Below, one piece after another: positions 26,518-40,103 of a stretch of DNA of 64,000 nucleotides. The notes beneath the pieces were generated by a model. It was not told the origin of the DNA and made no database searches. It saw only the letters and a list, made by a program, of their open reading frames with translations. The first letter of the stretch is position 1, and every line of letters starts with the position of its first letter. The translations under genes and the position numbers were made by a program. Source of the stretch: the human T2T-CHM13v2.0 reference genome, Homo sapiens; NCBI RefSeq assembly GCF_009914755.1, contig NC_060936.1; one strand, written 5' to 3'.

Positions 26518-26629
26518 GCTTGTGAGTGGCAATTCCATTGAAGAGAAATTGTTGAAAAATGGAACTAAAGATCTGATCCGAGAAGTGGCTGCTCAGGGAA
26601 ATGACTACTCCATGGCTTTCTTAACTCAG
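26518..26629 (+). CDS. EP400: EP400 exon w16 (LVSGNSIEEKLL...FLTQ)
   Basis: ttgcag|G ... CAG|gtactc; 112 nt; phase 2/0. Confidence 0.95.
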
Positions 26630-26788
26630 GTACTCCTTATTCAATGAGAGGCCTGAGGTGAGACCCGCCATGCGGCGCGTGGAATCGCATGGTGTTAGTG
26701 CACACTAGCAAGGGGCTTAGGTCTCCAGCTGAGGTCAGATGCACACTTGGACCTTGTACTGGGGAGTAACACACATCTCTGTGTTCAG

Positions 26789-26932
26789 CGAACCATCCAG
26801 GAGCTGTTTGAAGTTTATTCTCCCATGGATGATGCTGGCTTCCCGGTCAAAGCTGAGGAGTTTGTGGTGCTTTCTCAGGAACCTTCTGTCACGGAAACCA
26901 TTGCACCCAAAATTGCAAGACCTTTCATAGAG
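26789..26932 (+). CDS. EP400: EP400 exon w17 (RTIQELFEV...PFIE)
   Basis: gttcag|CGA ... GAG|gtaaga; 144 nt; phase 0/0. Confidence 0.94.
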
Positions 26933-28049
26933 GTAAGAATACATTGAATCTGGCTGAAGAGTTGCACGGTGGGAGCCGGCGGAACACCTGCACCCTCCCC
27001 CAGGGTTCTGGGTGCTCAGTCCCCACTCTTCCCTGGCCTGAAGCCCTCTTCCCGTCCCTGCTTTTGGAACCTCCCCACTCCCTTCTTTCTGTCATGGGGA
27101 TTTTGAACTGTAAATACAAGTGAGGGGAATGGTGGCGAAGGTCGCGGACCACAGGCCTGTCACCGAAGCAGTCGCTGCCGTCTTCATCTGCACTTTGCCA
27201 CAGTCTCAGCTCCTTCCCCTCCCCATGGAAATCTATCCCTGCCTCCTCTGGAGGCTCTGCGGGCACTACCCCTACTCCCCTCTAGCTGGCTGTGTTGGCT
27301 TCTCCCTGAGCAGTGCAGCCATGAGTCTGCACTCAGGTGCTGAGTGTAAGGTGCTGGTTGATTGCAAAGACTGAGTATAAGAAAGAACACAGACTATCAC
27401 GTTGATACTTTTGAGTGTTGACTACATGTTGAAGTGATAATATTTTGGCTATCGGGTTATGTCAATATTTTACTGTTTCGGTGTGGGTAGTAGAAGATAG
27501 AGGGCATGTTTGGGTCCTTTGATTTTTCCCTTTTGGGGGTGCTGCTGTGTAGACATGTCACAGACCCGTCACGGGGCCGCTGTTCCCTCCCTGTCCCCGT
27601 GGCTTGCCCGCCAAAGCCCTGCAGCCCCACGTCCTGGAGATGGAGGCCTTCAGCTGCCTTTGTTCTCTGAGTCCCCTCCTCCTTCATGTGGCCCTGCCAC
27701 TCCTCCAGAACTTGTTGTGGGGTCCCCGTTTCTGTGCCTCTTACCTTGGAAGGATTTGGTATCCCTGTACATCTTTCTTCCTGCCCTGTTTGACTGCAGC
27801 GCATGACTGCATGGGCTTCTCTGTATGTTTTTTCTTTTCTGTGAAAGTGTTAAAGACCAGACCAGGCACACTACACAGCCCCTCAGCACCTGTCCGCCGA
27901 CACCCGAGATTGAGCCTCCCAGCCTCATGGTGTCAGCCCCCTCCTTGCCTGTGCTCAGCTTGTTCTTACCAACTCTGGTGCTGTCTCCTCTTCCATTTCT
28001 AAACATTACTCAGTTACTGAATAAGTAAGAAATACTTGGGGTATGACTC

Positions 28050-28370
28050 TCTTAGTCTGTCTGTGTTGCTGTAAAGGAATACCTGAGACTGGGTGATTTA
28101 TTTTAAAAAGGGGTTTATTTCGCTGGTGATTCTGATGGCAGCAGAGTTCAGGATTGAGCATCTGTCTGGTGAGGGCCTCAGACGGCTTCCATGGTGGTGG
28201 AAGGGGAGGGGGGAGCTGCATGTGCAGGCCACGGAGTGAGAGAGGGAGCAAGGGGCAGGCAGCAGGCTCCCTTTAATAGACTGGCCCTCACAGGACGAAC
28301 AGGGTGAGACCCACTCCCCCAGCCCCAGAGCGTTTCTATTCCTGAGGGATCCACCCGTGACCCAAACCTT
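28050..28370 (-). mobile_element. MaLR LTR (MST-like), partial
   Basis: ttagtctg...gttgctgtaaaggaatacctgagactgggt...tctggtgagggcctcag. Confidence 0.72.
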
Positions 28371-28592
28371 TGAGAATTTATAATGAAAAGCCAGTCTCCT
28401 GCCCTGCCCCCAACCCCGCCACCACCCCGTTTCTCACATTTCTTCTAGAGATTGCATGTGTATCATTTCCTTTGCACAGAAATACCTTACAGATTATTAC
28501 ATATGAGGAGGTATGGATCAACCTCATTGTGTTTTAAGGAGGTAATACATGCATGAGGTTGAAAAAGAAAAACAACACAAAAGCGTAGCTGG

Positions 28593-29320
<728 letters not shown>

Positions 29321-29359
29321 GGATTTTCCATATTGGCTGTGTTGTTTCCCAGCAGCATA

Positions 29360-29890
29360 GTATTTCAACACACAGATTCTTTTGAAACATACTTGTTGAT
29401 TGTCTTACTGTGTGTCAGGCACTGTTATAAGCAGTGGGGATACAGGGTCGAAAAAAGACAAAAATTTCATGAAGCTTTTATTCTAGTAAGGAGAGAGGCA
29501 GAAACCAAACCTAGTGAGTAAAGCATGTAATTTATTCACATGAGAAGTTGTGAAGTGCTGAATCCAGGGGAGAATGTGGTCACCACAGCAGACAGGTTAG
29601 TGTGGCTGAGGGGGTGGGGAGGGTGTGACCAGGTGAGGCCTGACTGTAGGGAGCCCTTGGAAGGGTTTGAGTCAAGCTGTGGCACGGGGTCTGGCATCAC
29701 CTAAGAGAGTCGCTCTGACTCCTTTGTTGAGACTCAGTTGTAGCAAGGCAAGGGGGATCCTGGGGACCAGTTAAGAGTCCCAGAGCAGTAACACTGGTGA
29801 GCAAGGCTGGTGAGGACAACTGGGGGACATGTGGGGGCAGCAGGCGGGTCTTTGGAGGACAGAGCCAGCAGGACTTGCTGCAGTGGGTGT
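29360..29890 (-). mobile_element. L2-like fragment
   Basis: tactgtgtgtcaggcactgtt...ggggatacag, typical of the L2 3' end; boundaries approximate. Confidence 0.55.
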
Positions 29891-30713
29891 GTGAGGAGGA
29901 TGGCTGCTCCTCACTGGCTTGACCGGCCCCTGGGGACAGAGAGGTAGGTTAGCCTTGGCCTTTTGCCAGCGGAGACAGATCCACGTTAGCGTGCTGTACT
30001 CGTACCTGCCGCATGGGACTGTGGCTATAGGATTCTTCTGTCATTGGCAACGCTCATCAGAGGATTTGTGCCTGCAAAATGGTTTTAAGAAAAGTCCTTG
30101 TTGACATGCAAAAACAAAACATACAGCAAGTGTACACATTACAAAGATTCCAGCTGGAGAAATGTTCAGTCAGTAGAAGCACCTGGTAGCCAGCATCTGG
30201 TGGAGGAGGAGGATGCGGCGGGCTCCTCAGAAGGCCTGTCCCCCAGCGGTGCTGCCTCTTGCGAATTCTGACAGCACCGCCTGCTTCTGCACTTTCCATA
30301 CGTGGAGCCTCTTCCTTCGGGTCTGCCTTCTTGTGCGTAGCAGTCTGTAACTCGTTCTCATTGCTGTCTAGAGTTCTGTCTGAATATACCGCCGTTTATC
30401 AGATCTGCAGCTTGTGGACGTGATGGAGTGGTTCATTTGAATTGTGCTCCTGTGGATATTTGTATCCTTGTCTTTTGGTAAGCACGTATGTGCAATTCAG
30501 GCTGCTTATGTTTGATTTCAGGAGATGCTGTGGCTGTGCCGGGGATGCTCCTGCCATGGGGTTGTTCTGGGTGGTGGTGTGGAGGCAAAATTGCTGGTCC
30601 TTTCACTGTAGCTGCAGGGCAGAATGTGGGATAGTCTCATTGTGGTTTAATTTGTGGTTTTGCTGTTGACTGATGAGTTTGAGTGCCTCTTCATATATTT
30701 ACTGGCAGTTTGA

Positions 30714-31086
<373 letters not shown>

Positions 31087-32139
31087 AGTTGTCTCTGTTT
31101 CTTAATGACTTGTTGGAGTTCTTTATGTATCCCGATAAAAGGCCTTTGTTTGATACACTTGACATATCTTTCCCATTCTGTGGTTTGCCTTTTTAAACGC
31201 TGTGTATTGATGAGCAGAAGTTCTGAGTTCTAACACCATCCAGGGCCCACATCTGCCGTCTTTATAGTGGGTGCTTTTTGTGCTCTGCTGAGGAGATTAC
31301 TCTGCCCACCTGAAGGTCACCGGGCATCCTCCTCTATTTTCTTCTACATGTTGCATTGTTTTATGTTTGCTATTTAGGTGCACCACCTATCTGGCAATAA
31401 GTTCTGTGTATCGTGTCAAAGTAGTGTTATATCACTTTGAGGGTTTTGCCAGATTGCCCTGGAAACAGATTGTACCAGTTTTTAATTTGTATCTTCTAAC
31501 TAAAAACCATACCTCCATGTCAGATGTCTTTTGCCCACATCTGCTAGTAACTATAGATGTGTGTTCCTAGCTGTTTCAGCAGATGAACAGTGGCATCTCG
31601 TCATTCTAACTTGTGTATCTTGCACTGTGGTAAAGCTGTCTTGTATGTTCATAGTCATCCATGCTACATTTCGCGGTGGACTTGCTCCGGCTGCTGTAAC
31701 GTTGGGCTGTCCGTCTGCTGTCTGTTTCCTGGACAGCAGCCTCTGTCCTGCTGTGTCTGTCAGGAGCTGTGGGCAGTGGTGTGCATCGGGTCTGAGATGG
31801 AGCCTCCTTGGGCCTTTCTTGTTTTCCAAGCTTCCTTGGCCCTGGGTGCCCTGGCACGCTTTGCCTGCATCAGTGCTCAGCTCTTCCATGGGGCCTGCCT
31901 GTCCAACTCGATAGTAAGGTTAGCAAGGCCCAGGAGGTTTCCCACTCATTTTCTGTATTCCCTAAGTGCCTTATCATTTTCACCTGTAAGAGGACCTCAG
32001 GGAAGGAGTGGATTACCTTTATGGAGAGTGGGTGATTATAGTGGAGGCATCTCCATTAACTTTACATGGGATAGCTCTTTTTCAAACTACCCTCATTTAA
32101 AAAGTCTATCAAGGCAATCTAAACATAGACTTTCCTCAG

Positions 32140-32298
32140 GCCCTCAAGAGTATTGAGTATCTGGAGGAGGATGCCCAGAAGTCCGCACAGGAGGGGGTGC
32201 TGGGACCACACACTGATGCTCTGTCATCAGACTCTGAGAACATGCCGTGTGATGAAGAACCATCCCAATTAGAGGAGCTAGCTGACTTCATGGAGCAG
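32140..32298 (+). CDS. EP400: EP400 exon w18 (ALKSIEYLEED...FMEQ)
   Basis: cctcag|GCC ... CAG|gtttgg; 159 nt; phase 0/0. Confidence 0.93.
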
Positions 32299-32480
32299 GT
32301 TTGGGCATGTTTTCCTTTACAACTACATATTTTAAAAATTTGACGCTTCTATAAAATATTTATTGTTTACTGCAAGAAAAATCACTTTTTGATTCAAATG
32401 TTGGTTAGTGGATTGTATAAGGAACTTGACTTTTATTAACTTGCTATTAACCCTATTCAAAAAATATACTTTTGGAACAG

Positions 32481-32564
32481 CTTACACCAATTGAAAAATA
32501 TGCTTTAAATTACCTGGAATTATTCCATACTTCTATTGAGCAAGAAAAGGAGAGAAACAGTGAG
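32481..32564 (+). CDS. EP400: EP400 exon w19 (LTPIEKYALNYLE...NSE)
   Basis: gaacag|CTT ... GAG|gtaaga; 84 nt; SWR1-family LTPIExYA motif. Confidence 0.94.
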
Positions 32565-32718
32565 GTAAGAGAATCAACTTTTGGTCAGTGAAAAAAATTT
32601 GCAATATTTTCAGAGTTAAGTTTGATTTGAAGTAAATGTGACTTCATTAAATTAAAGTCACAAAAGCCAAAACCCACAAGTATGGAAATGAACTTAAAAT
32701 GAAGAGAGTCTCGAGAAG

Positions 32719-32839
32719 CCCGTAGGGACCGTGGAGCTTGTTCACCCCCACGTAGGGACCATGGGGCTTGTTCTCCCCTCGTAGGGACCGTGGAGCTTGT
32801 TCTACCCCTGTAGGGACCATGGGGCTTGTTCTGCCCTCG
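32719..32839. repeat. 29-30-bp tandem repeat x4
   Basis: gtagggacc(gtggag/atgggg)cttgttc...ccc, alternating variants. Confidence 0.9.
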
Positions 32840-33012
32840 ATGTCTTTGACTGGATTTGCAGCAGGCTGCTGCTTGTGGGGGTGATGCATTGTGGAGCAGT
32901 GTGTGTAGAGAACATGTGGCTCTGAGACAACAGGGAAACCTGGAGCAGGGACTCGGGGGCTGCTCTGAGCTGCACTCCTGATCCTGAAAGTTCTTGCTGC
33001 TCTCCCCGTCAG

Positions 33013-33147
33013 GACGCAGTGATGACTGCAGTGAGGGCATGGGAGTTCTGGAACCTGAAGACCCTGCAGGAGAGGGAGGCCCGGCTGCGGCTGGAGCAGG
33101 AGGAGGCGGAGCTCCTGACCTACACGCGAGAGGATGCCTACAGCATG
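33013..33147 (+). CDS. EP400: EP400 exon w20 (DAVMTAVRAWE...AYSM)
   Basis: cgtcag|GAC ... ATG|gtaccc; 135 nt; phase 0/0. Confidence 0.93.
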
Positions 33148-33506
33148 GTACCCGGCCCGGGGCCCTCCTGCCCTCTTGCCCCCCTGCTGAGGGGCACTTG
33201 TGCAGCCATGTTTGGCTTGTTCAAAGTCTGTGTACATTGACATGAGAAAATGCCTAGGAATTTTTACTTCTCATATCAACACAACCTCACTTATGTTCTA
33301 AAAACACAATTTTCTTAAAAATTGACACTTGGAGATTGTCAGTTAGATATTGACCAGCTCTGATTAAAACATTTATAAGTCTTATAAATAGTCATGTTGA
33401 TCAGAACTTATTTGAAAGACTTAATGAGTATGAAGGTACATGATTTGTGGCTTATAACATGACACTGAGACTTGGTGGAAGTCAGAGCTTGCCGTGTTCC
33501 CTACAG

Positions 33507-33551
33507 GAGTATGTCTACGAAGATGTCGATGGGCAGACAGAAGTCATGCCG
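33507..33551 (+). CDS. EP400: EP400 exon w21 (EYVYEDVDGQTEVMP)
   Basis: ctacag|GAG ... CCG|gtgagt; 45 nt; phase 0/0. Confidence 0.92.
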
Positions 33552-33635
33552 GTGAGTGCTGCCCTCTCCCTTTGTGTCTGTGTGGGCAGCTTCCTGTGAG
33601 TTCCACATCTCATGGGCCTTCCCTTCTCCATGCAG

Positions 33636-33789
33636 CTCTGGACCCCACCCACCCCGCCGCAGGACGACAGCGACATCTACCTCGACTCGGTCATGTGTCT
33701 CATGTATGAAGCCACTCCCATCCCAGAGGCTAAGCTGCCCCCTGTGTACGTGAGGAAGGAGCGGAAGCGACACAAAACAGACCCCTCAG
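33636..33789 (+). CDS. EP400: EP400 exon w22 (LWTPPTPPQDD...KTDPS)
   Basis: atgcag|CTC ... TCAG|gtgcgc; 154 nt; phase 0/1. Confidence 0.94.
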
Positions 33790-34154
33790 GTGCGCATCCC
33801 GAGGGCGTCACATGACCTGGGGGGGCCCTGGCCTGCAGAATCCCTGCATGTCAGCCACTTTCTGCTGTCTGCCTGTCTGCTGTCTGCCTGTCTGCTGCAG
33901 GGCTAGCGATCACACGCCCATCCGCTGCCTCTCAGGCCATGTGCACAGGTTATGTTGTTTCCAGTGAGGAAACCTTCGTGTTTCATTCTAATTGACCATG
34001 AAGGCCCGAAAGCAGGTCTGTCTTTGGCAGGTGCTTTCTGTGGCCTCTTTGCCCAGGCACCTCCAGACTTGCCTGACCTGTTTCCTTTGTCTTTTGCCTG
34101 CCCGTGTGGAATCTCCTGGTTTACTCTCTTGCTGAAGACTGCCTCTCTGTTCAG

Positions 34155-34396
34155 CTGCAGGCAGGAAGAAGAAGCAGCGTCACGGGGAGGCGGTCGTCCC
34201 TCCTCGGTCCCTGTTTGACCGCGCAACACCAGGACTTCTGAAAATTCGCAGAGAGGGCAAGGAGCAGAAGAAGAATATTCTGCTGAAGCAGCAGGTGCCA
34301 TTCGCCAAGCCCCTGCCAACTTTTGCCAAACCCACAGCTGAGCCTGGTCAAGACAACCCCGAGTGGCTCATCAGTGAGGACTGGGCGCTGCTGCAG
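34155..34396 (+). CDS. EP400: EP400 exon w23 (AAGRKKKQR...EWLISEDWALLQ; SANT start)
   Basis: gttcag|CT ... CAG|gtaggt; 242 nt; phase 1/0. Confidence 0.94.
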
Positions 34397-34562
34397 GTAG
34401 GTGGGCGTGGTCTTTGTGCCAGCGGTCATGTGCGGTCATTTTTCTAACGCACGTCCGTGCATCCAGCTCACTGTGATCACTTTGCAGGGAGTCTTTGGCA
34501 AGAGGGAAGACCTTCTGACTTAGAGTGTATTCACCTGTTTTACCTGAAATCTCCTTCTCTAG

Positions 34563-34736
34563 GCTGTAAAGCAGTTACTGGAGCTGCCTTTGAACCTCAC
34601 AATCGTGTCACCTGCTCACACACCTAATTGGGATCTTGTCAGTGACGTTGTTAACTCCTGTAGCCGAATCTACCGCTCTTCCAAACAGTGCCGGAATCGC
34701 TACGAGAATGTCATCATTCCACGAGAGGAGGGGAAG
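34563..34736 (+). CDS. EP400: EP400 exon w24 (SANT/Myb: PNWDLVSD...KQCRNRY)
   Basis: ctctag|GCT ... AAG|gtaagc; 174 nt; phase 0/0. Confidence 0.95.
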
Positions 34737-35052
34737 GTAAGCACGGTCTCGTTTGTCCTTCGAGGAGAGCACAGGCAGGTGTGGTGGCCGTGGCCTGCAG
34801 TTTCAGCTCCAGTCCTGCTCTTCACTGACTGGGCTCCTTCATCCCTGTGGGTCTGCGGTGAAGTCCATCTCCTTGGGCTCCTGGTGGACCCAGCGAGGTC
34901 AGGTGTCTGCACTGTGCCTCGCCTATGGCATGAGCAGTGATGGAGGAGTTCACGTTGTGCTTGTTGGGATCATGCTTGGTGTTGGCAGCAGGCCTCGTAC
35001 CTGATGTTTTATCTGATACCAACATTTGCACTGCCGTTGTCATTTCTAAGAT

Positions 35053-35277
35053 AATGAGGGTGTCATCTGAATACTTGGCCATATATATATACATTTTCAA
35101 GAACGTTTTGGATGAATGAAAAGACCTCTCGCTTGGTTTTGATCATGGCGTACTTAAATGAGGGTGTCATCCAAACACTTGGTCATATATAGATAGACAT
35201 TTTCAAGAAGGTTTTGGGTGAATGAAAAGATAAGTTGATAAGCTGTCTCGCTTTGTTTTGATCGTGGCGTACTTAAA
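35053..35277. repeat. Diverged ~104-bp tandem duplication
   Basis: aatgagggtgtcatc...ttttgatc(a/g)tggcgtacttaa at 35053 and 35157. Confidence 0.88.
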
Positions 35278-36187
35278 GAAAAGTCTGTTACTGGTACCTC
35301 TGCTATTCTGGTACCGAAAGACTGGCTGGCTGCAATGGTTTGACAAGCATAATATTCTCTGTTTCAGGGTTAACTATAAGTATTGCAAATGTTTATTTAC
35401 GTGTAGTGTAGTCAAATCATTGGTCTTTCATGTAAGAAGTCAGCTGTGTGGTTTGTAGCTTGACCCCCGAAGAGTCCAGGCGGCTGGTCAGTAACATACA
35501 GGCATGCGTGTGGCATGCCTTCCCTCGAGCTGAGTCATCCCTCTCTGTTCTGCATCTGGCTTTCTTCAGGCAGCTCCTTCTTGCTGCTTGCCTGCCTTTC
35601 TCGCCTCAGGACAGCATCCAGAGCCCCCACACCAGCAGCGTCTGCATGCTCTACTGTGCCCACGTTGCCAGTGTCCACACCCATTGGGAGGTGTGCTGCC
35701 TGACTTCCAGGGCACGTGCCATGCTGGCGTGTGGGGACCACCGCCTTTCAGTTCACCTCATGGAGCCCATCCAAACAGGAGCTGTGGGCACATCTTCTTG
35801 CATGGAACAGGGTGGGACACATATAGTAGAGGCAGGCATCCAGTACTTTTATTGTATTTACTTTTGTTCCTAATTTGTGAGAATTAACATTTTCTCCATA
35901 GTAGCCAGATCCATCCTCAGGATGCGAACATCACACTTAATTTATTTCTGTACCCACTCTTTCAGTCATCTGTCTTTTCATTTTTCTAAAAACACTTGTC
36001 TCAAAGCATTTGTTTGTTTTTTTTGTTAAATGTAGAAAAGCAAGTTTTCTTCGTAATACCACTTTGTGGTCCCTTCACCAATAAGACTTCCTGGAATCTT
36101 GCATTAATTAGGTTTTCTGTGTTTTGGAAGCATTTATAATAATAGCCATTACCTTATTATGGAAAAAAAATTAAAGCTAAAATATTG

Positions 36188-37277
36188 TATTGGGGGAACC
36201 TGCCCCCGATAGTCACGTAGGTTCTTTTCTATTTTCCCTAAGTGTTGGCCGGTCTGAGAAGTAAAGGGAAAGAGTACAAAAAAGAGAAATTTTAAAGCTG
36301 GGTGTCTGGGGGAGACATCACATGTCGGCAGGTTCCGTGATGCCCCCTGAGCAGTAAAACCAGCAAGCTTTTATGAGTGATTTCAAAAGGGGAGGGAGTG
36401 TATGAATAGGGTGTGGGTCACAGAGATCACATGCTTCACAAGGTAATAGAATATCACAAGGTAAATGGAGGCAGGGCGAGATCACAGGACCACAGGACCA
36501 GGGCGAAATTAAAATTGTTAATGAAGTTTCGGGCAGGCACTGTCATTGATAACATCTTATCAGGAAACAGGGTTTGAGAGCAGACAACCAGTCTGACCAA
36601 AATTTATTAGGCAGGAATTTCCTCATCCTGATAAGCCTGGGAGGGCTACAGGAGACTGGGGCTTATTTCATCCCTACAGCTGTGACCGTAAAAGACAGCT
36701 GCCCCCAAAGCGGCCATTTCAGAGGCCTACCCTCAGAGACGCATTCTCTTTCTCAGGATGTTCCTTGCTGAGAAAAAGAATTCAACGAATTCAGCAATAT
36801 TTCTCGCATTTGCTTTTGAAAGAAGAGAAATACGGCTCTGTTCCGCCTGGCTCACCGGCAGTCAGAGTTTAAGGTTATCTCTCTTGTTCCCTGAACATTG
36901 CTGTTATTCTGTTCTTTTTTTGAGGTGCCCAGATTTCATATTGTTCAAACACACATGCTCTACAAACAATTTGTGCAGTTAACAAAATCATCACAGGGTC
37001 CTGAGGCGACATACATCCCCCTCAGCTTACAAAGATGATGGGATTAAGAGATTAAAGACAGGCCTAGGAAATCACAAGGGTATTGACTGGGGAAGTGATA
37101 AGTGTCCATGAAATCTTCACAATTTATGTTTAGAGATTGCAGTAAAGACAGGCGTAAGAAATTATAAAAGTATTAATTTGGGGAACTAGTAAATGTCCAT
37201 GAAATATTCACAATCCACGTTCTTCTGCCATGGCTTCGGCCAGTCCCTCTGTTCGGGGTCCCTGACTTCCTGCAACA
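36188..37277 (-). mobile_element. MER11 solo LTR (HERV-K11/HML-8)
   Basis: Reverse complement starts TGTTGCAGGAAGTCAGGGACCCCGAAC; 1090 bp; 6-bp TSD ATATTG at 36182-87 and 37278-83. Confidence 0.9.
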
Positions 37278-37355
37278 ATATTGTCTTCTTTTATAGCTGA
37301 TTTATGAAGCTAATCCAAAGAAAAAGGCAAAAATATTTGTAAAGTTTGAGAGTGA

Positions 37356-37699
<344 letters not shown>

Positions 37700-39159
37700 T
37701 GAATAAGTTGGAGCACTTTGTTAAGAGCCTGTGCACAGAAACATAGAGTAAGATTCAGTCTTAACCTGTATTTTAGGAATCAACAGAAACCTGAGACCTA
37801 GAATTTTCTCCAGGGCCTCTCATTCTGTACATAGAGGACATGCCTCTTTGCATTAGAGGACCCCATGGTGACTTGCCGAGCCCCCTAAAGGACATCCTGA
37901 GCCTCCATGACCCTCACTCCCTGTGGAAGCCCATGATAGTGACAGTGGTCGGATGTGTGCGTGAGTGGGACAGCCCCACCTCTCAAAGCCTGCGGGGGCT
38001 CCAGCAAGCCATGCGGGGCGGGGCATTCATGCCTGGTTAGAGCCTGCACAGGAGTTCCATTACCAGACACACGGTCTTTCCATCTCTGACTTGGCTCAGT
38101 TGAGCCATCCAGTGTCATGTGTGATAGGCCTGGTATTAGTCTTATGCACCCCTTCTCCCTGCTTCCCTTTGCTTACTCTTAGGATAATAGGTAGGAGGAG
38201 AATGCTTCCCTGTATGGTACAGTGTTCCGGAAGCAGACTGCTGTGGCCTTGCATGTTGGTTTCTAGTTCTGGTTGTCCTTGGTGTTGCCTTCAGAATTTA
38301 AGGCATTCCTCTAGCAGTGGAGGACACATGTGCACACAGACATGTATACATGTACCTGCACAGACACACCCATACCTGGGCCTGTGCTGCTGTGTCATGT
38401 GAGAGTCTTGGTTTTCGCCTTGGCACACTCTCTTTGACCAGGGTTTAGAGGAGCATGGGGGAAGAGCCCTGGGTGAGGAAGGAGGTGCTTGAGCCCTGGT
38501 CTTGACTTGTCGCTACCTCTGTGACCTTGCACAGACAGCATTCCTGGGACAGCTGTTCACTTCACAGGATAAGGAGTTGCTTTAAAATTCTGCAGGATTC
38601 TAAGATGTCTTGGGAGCACATAGCCCACAATTGAGTGGCCCATTGTTTAGCTGTGCCATTTATGAAGGAAAGACTGCCAGCCATAAGCACTGCTAGAGAC
38701 CCCAAGAATGTACTTTGAGACACCACTGGGCATGCGCCAGCCTCACTGTCCACCGTGGGCAGATGACAGTGTTGTCCGTGGCAGTCCGCGCTGCCCCTTG
38801 GTGTTAGCGGGTGAAGGCTCACAGCCCGCTCCACACAGTCACCTGCCATGTGACCTTGGGCACTTTGCACACCTGTTTTGTTCCCTCTCCCTCTTGGGGT
38901 GATTATGGGGCTTACGTGAGAGAACACCTGGAAAGGATTAGCATGGACTGGAGAGTGTCACAGCAGTCGGCCGCGACAGCCACTTAATGCCGCTGCTGTT
39001 GGGTTATGCCTGAACTTGGAAAGAAGGCCCAGGAAAAGGAAGTTTGTGTTCAGCCATGGGGAGTTTAGCCTCAGATTCCCACCCAGTGAGCCCTGTGTCC
39101 CACGCAGCCGTCTGTCCATGCTGCCTAATTCAGATGCACTCTCGTCAATTTCATTGCAG

Positions 39160-39296
39160 AGTAAAAACAACCGTCCTCTCCGTACGAGCCAGATCTATGC
39201 CCAGGATGAGAATGCCACACACACCCAGCTGTACACGAGCCACTTTGACTTAATGAAAATGACTGCTGGCAAGAGGAGTCCCCCAATCAAACCTCT
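39160..39296 (+). CDS. EP400: EP400 exon w25 (SKNNRPLRTSQ...PIKP)
   Basis: ttgcag|AGT ... CT|gtatgt; 137 nt; phase 0/2. Confidence 0.92.
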
Positions 39297-39435
39297 GTAT
39301 GTTTCCTGAGTGCTCATTTTATGTTCATTATGACTGAGTAGATTGCGTGAAGCTTGGTTTTGATGTGTTTTTAACATACCCTTCTTCAGATATTTCCTTT
39401 ATTTAATAATTGCTGTCTCACTGTCTATACTTCAG

Positions 39436-39492
39436 GCTTGGCATGAATCCCTTTCAGAAGAACCCCAAGCACGCGTCTGTGTTGGCAGAAAG
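39436..39492 (+). CDS. EP400: EP400 exon w26 (LGMNPFQKNPKHASVLAE)
   Basis: cttcag|G ... AG|gtattt; 57 nt; phase 2/2. Confidence 0.92.
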
Positions 39493-40103
39493 GTATTTCT
39501 CTATTCGTGACACATTTGTTACTGTTTGGAAGGATTTCATTCCAGTGTCATCTAAGTTCAGTGAGTTCAGCAAATCGTTGTGCACTTAGCGTGTTCAGGC
39601 ATCAGCTGGACGTGGCAGTGCGCAGAACCTGCAGGAGAGAGGTGCTTTTCCTGCCGTGGGCTAGGGTATGCATAGGACGGCCCCTGCCCTGTCTCTGTGT
39701 TACAGGGATTGTCCTTGCTGGCCCTCAGTGGGGAAAGACGCTGACAGATGTGATGAGTGTGCCAGGGCCATGTGGCCAACCACAAGGGGCTTTCTTCCTC
39801 ACACCCCACCTCTCAGGCACTGATTTTGTTCGCCATATCTTAAGAACACACCACATTTAGGGGTGTGTGTACCTGCCCTGAAGTTATACAGGGGAAAAGA
39901 GGAATGAATGAATGGATGGGTACAGAAGTGGGTAGATGCAAGAAAGTAAATGGGGTAATGGATGGTGGAACCCCAGTGTGGAACCTTACTGCCAGGCACA
40001 TGGGTGTCTGTAGCGTTTCTGACTGTCGGACTCTTTCCATAAAATGTTGGAAAGGAGGTCTGCTGGGATGAAATGATGTGCATCTGGTTTAGGCACTGTT
40101 GTC

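Noticed and set aside
26630-26788. Second H/ACA snoRNA or tRNA-like gene
   Set aside because: No ANANNA hinge between the hairpins and no tRNA A/B boxes; kept only as a structured-intron hypothesis.
33552-33635. In-frame coding retention of the 84-nt intron
   Set aside because: Contains an in-frame TGA.
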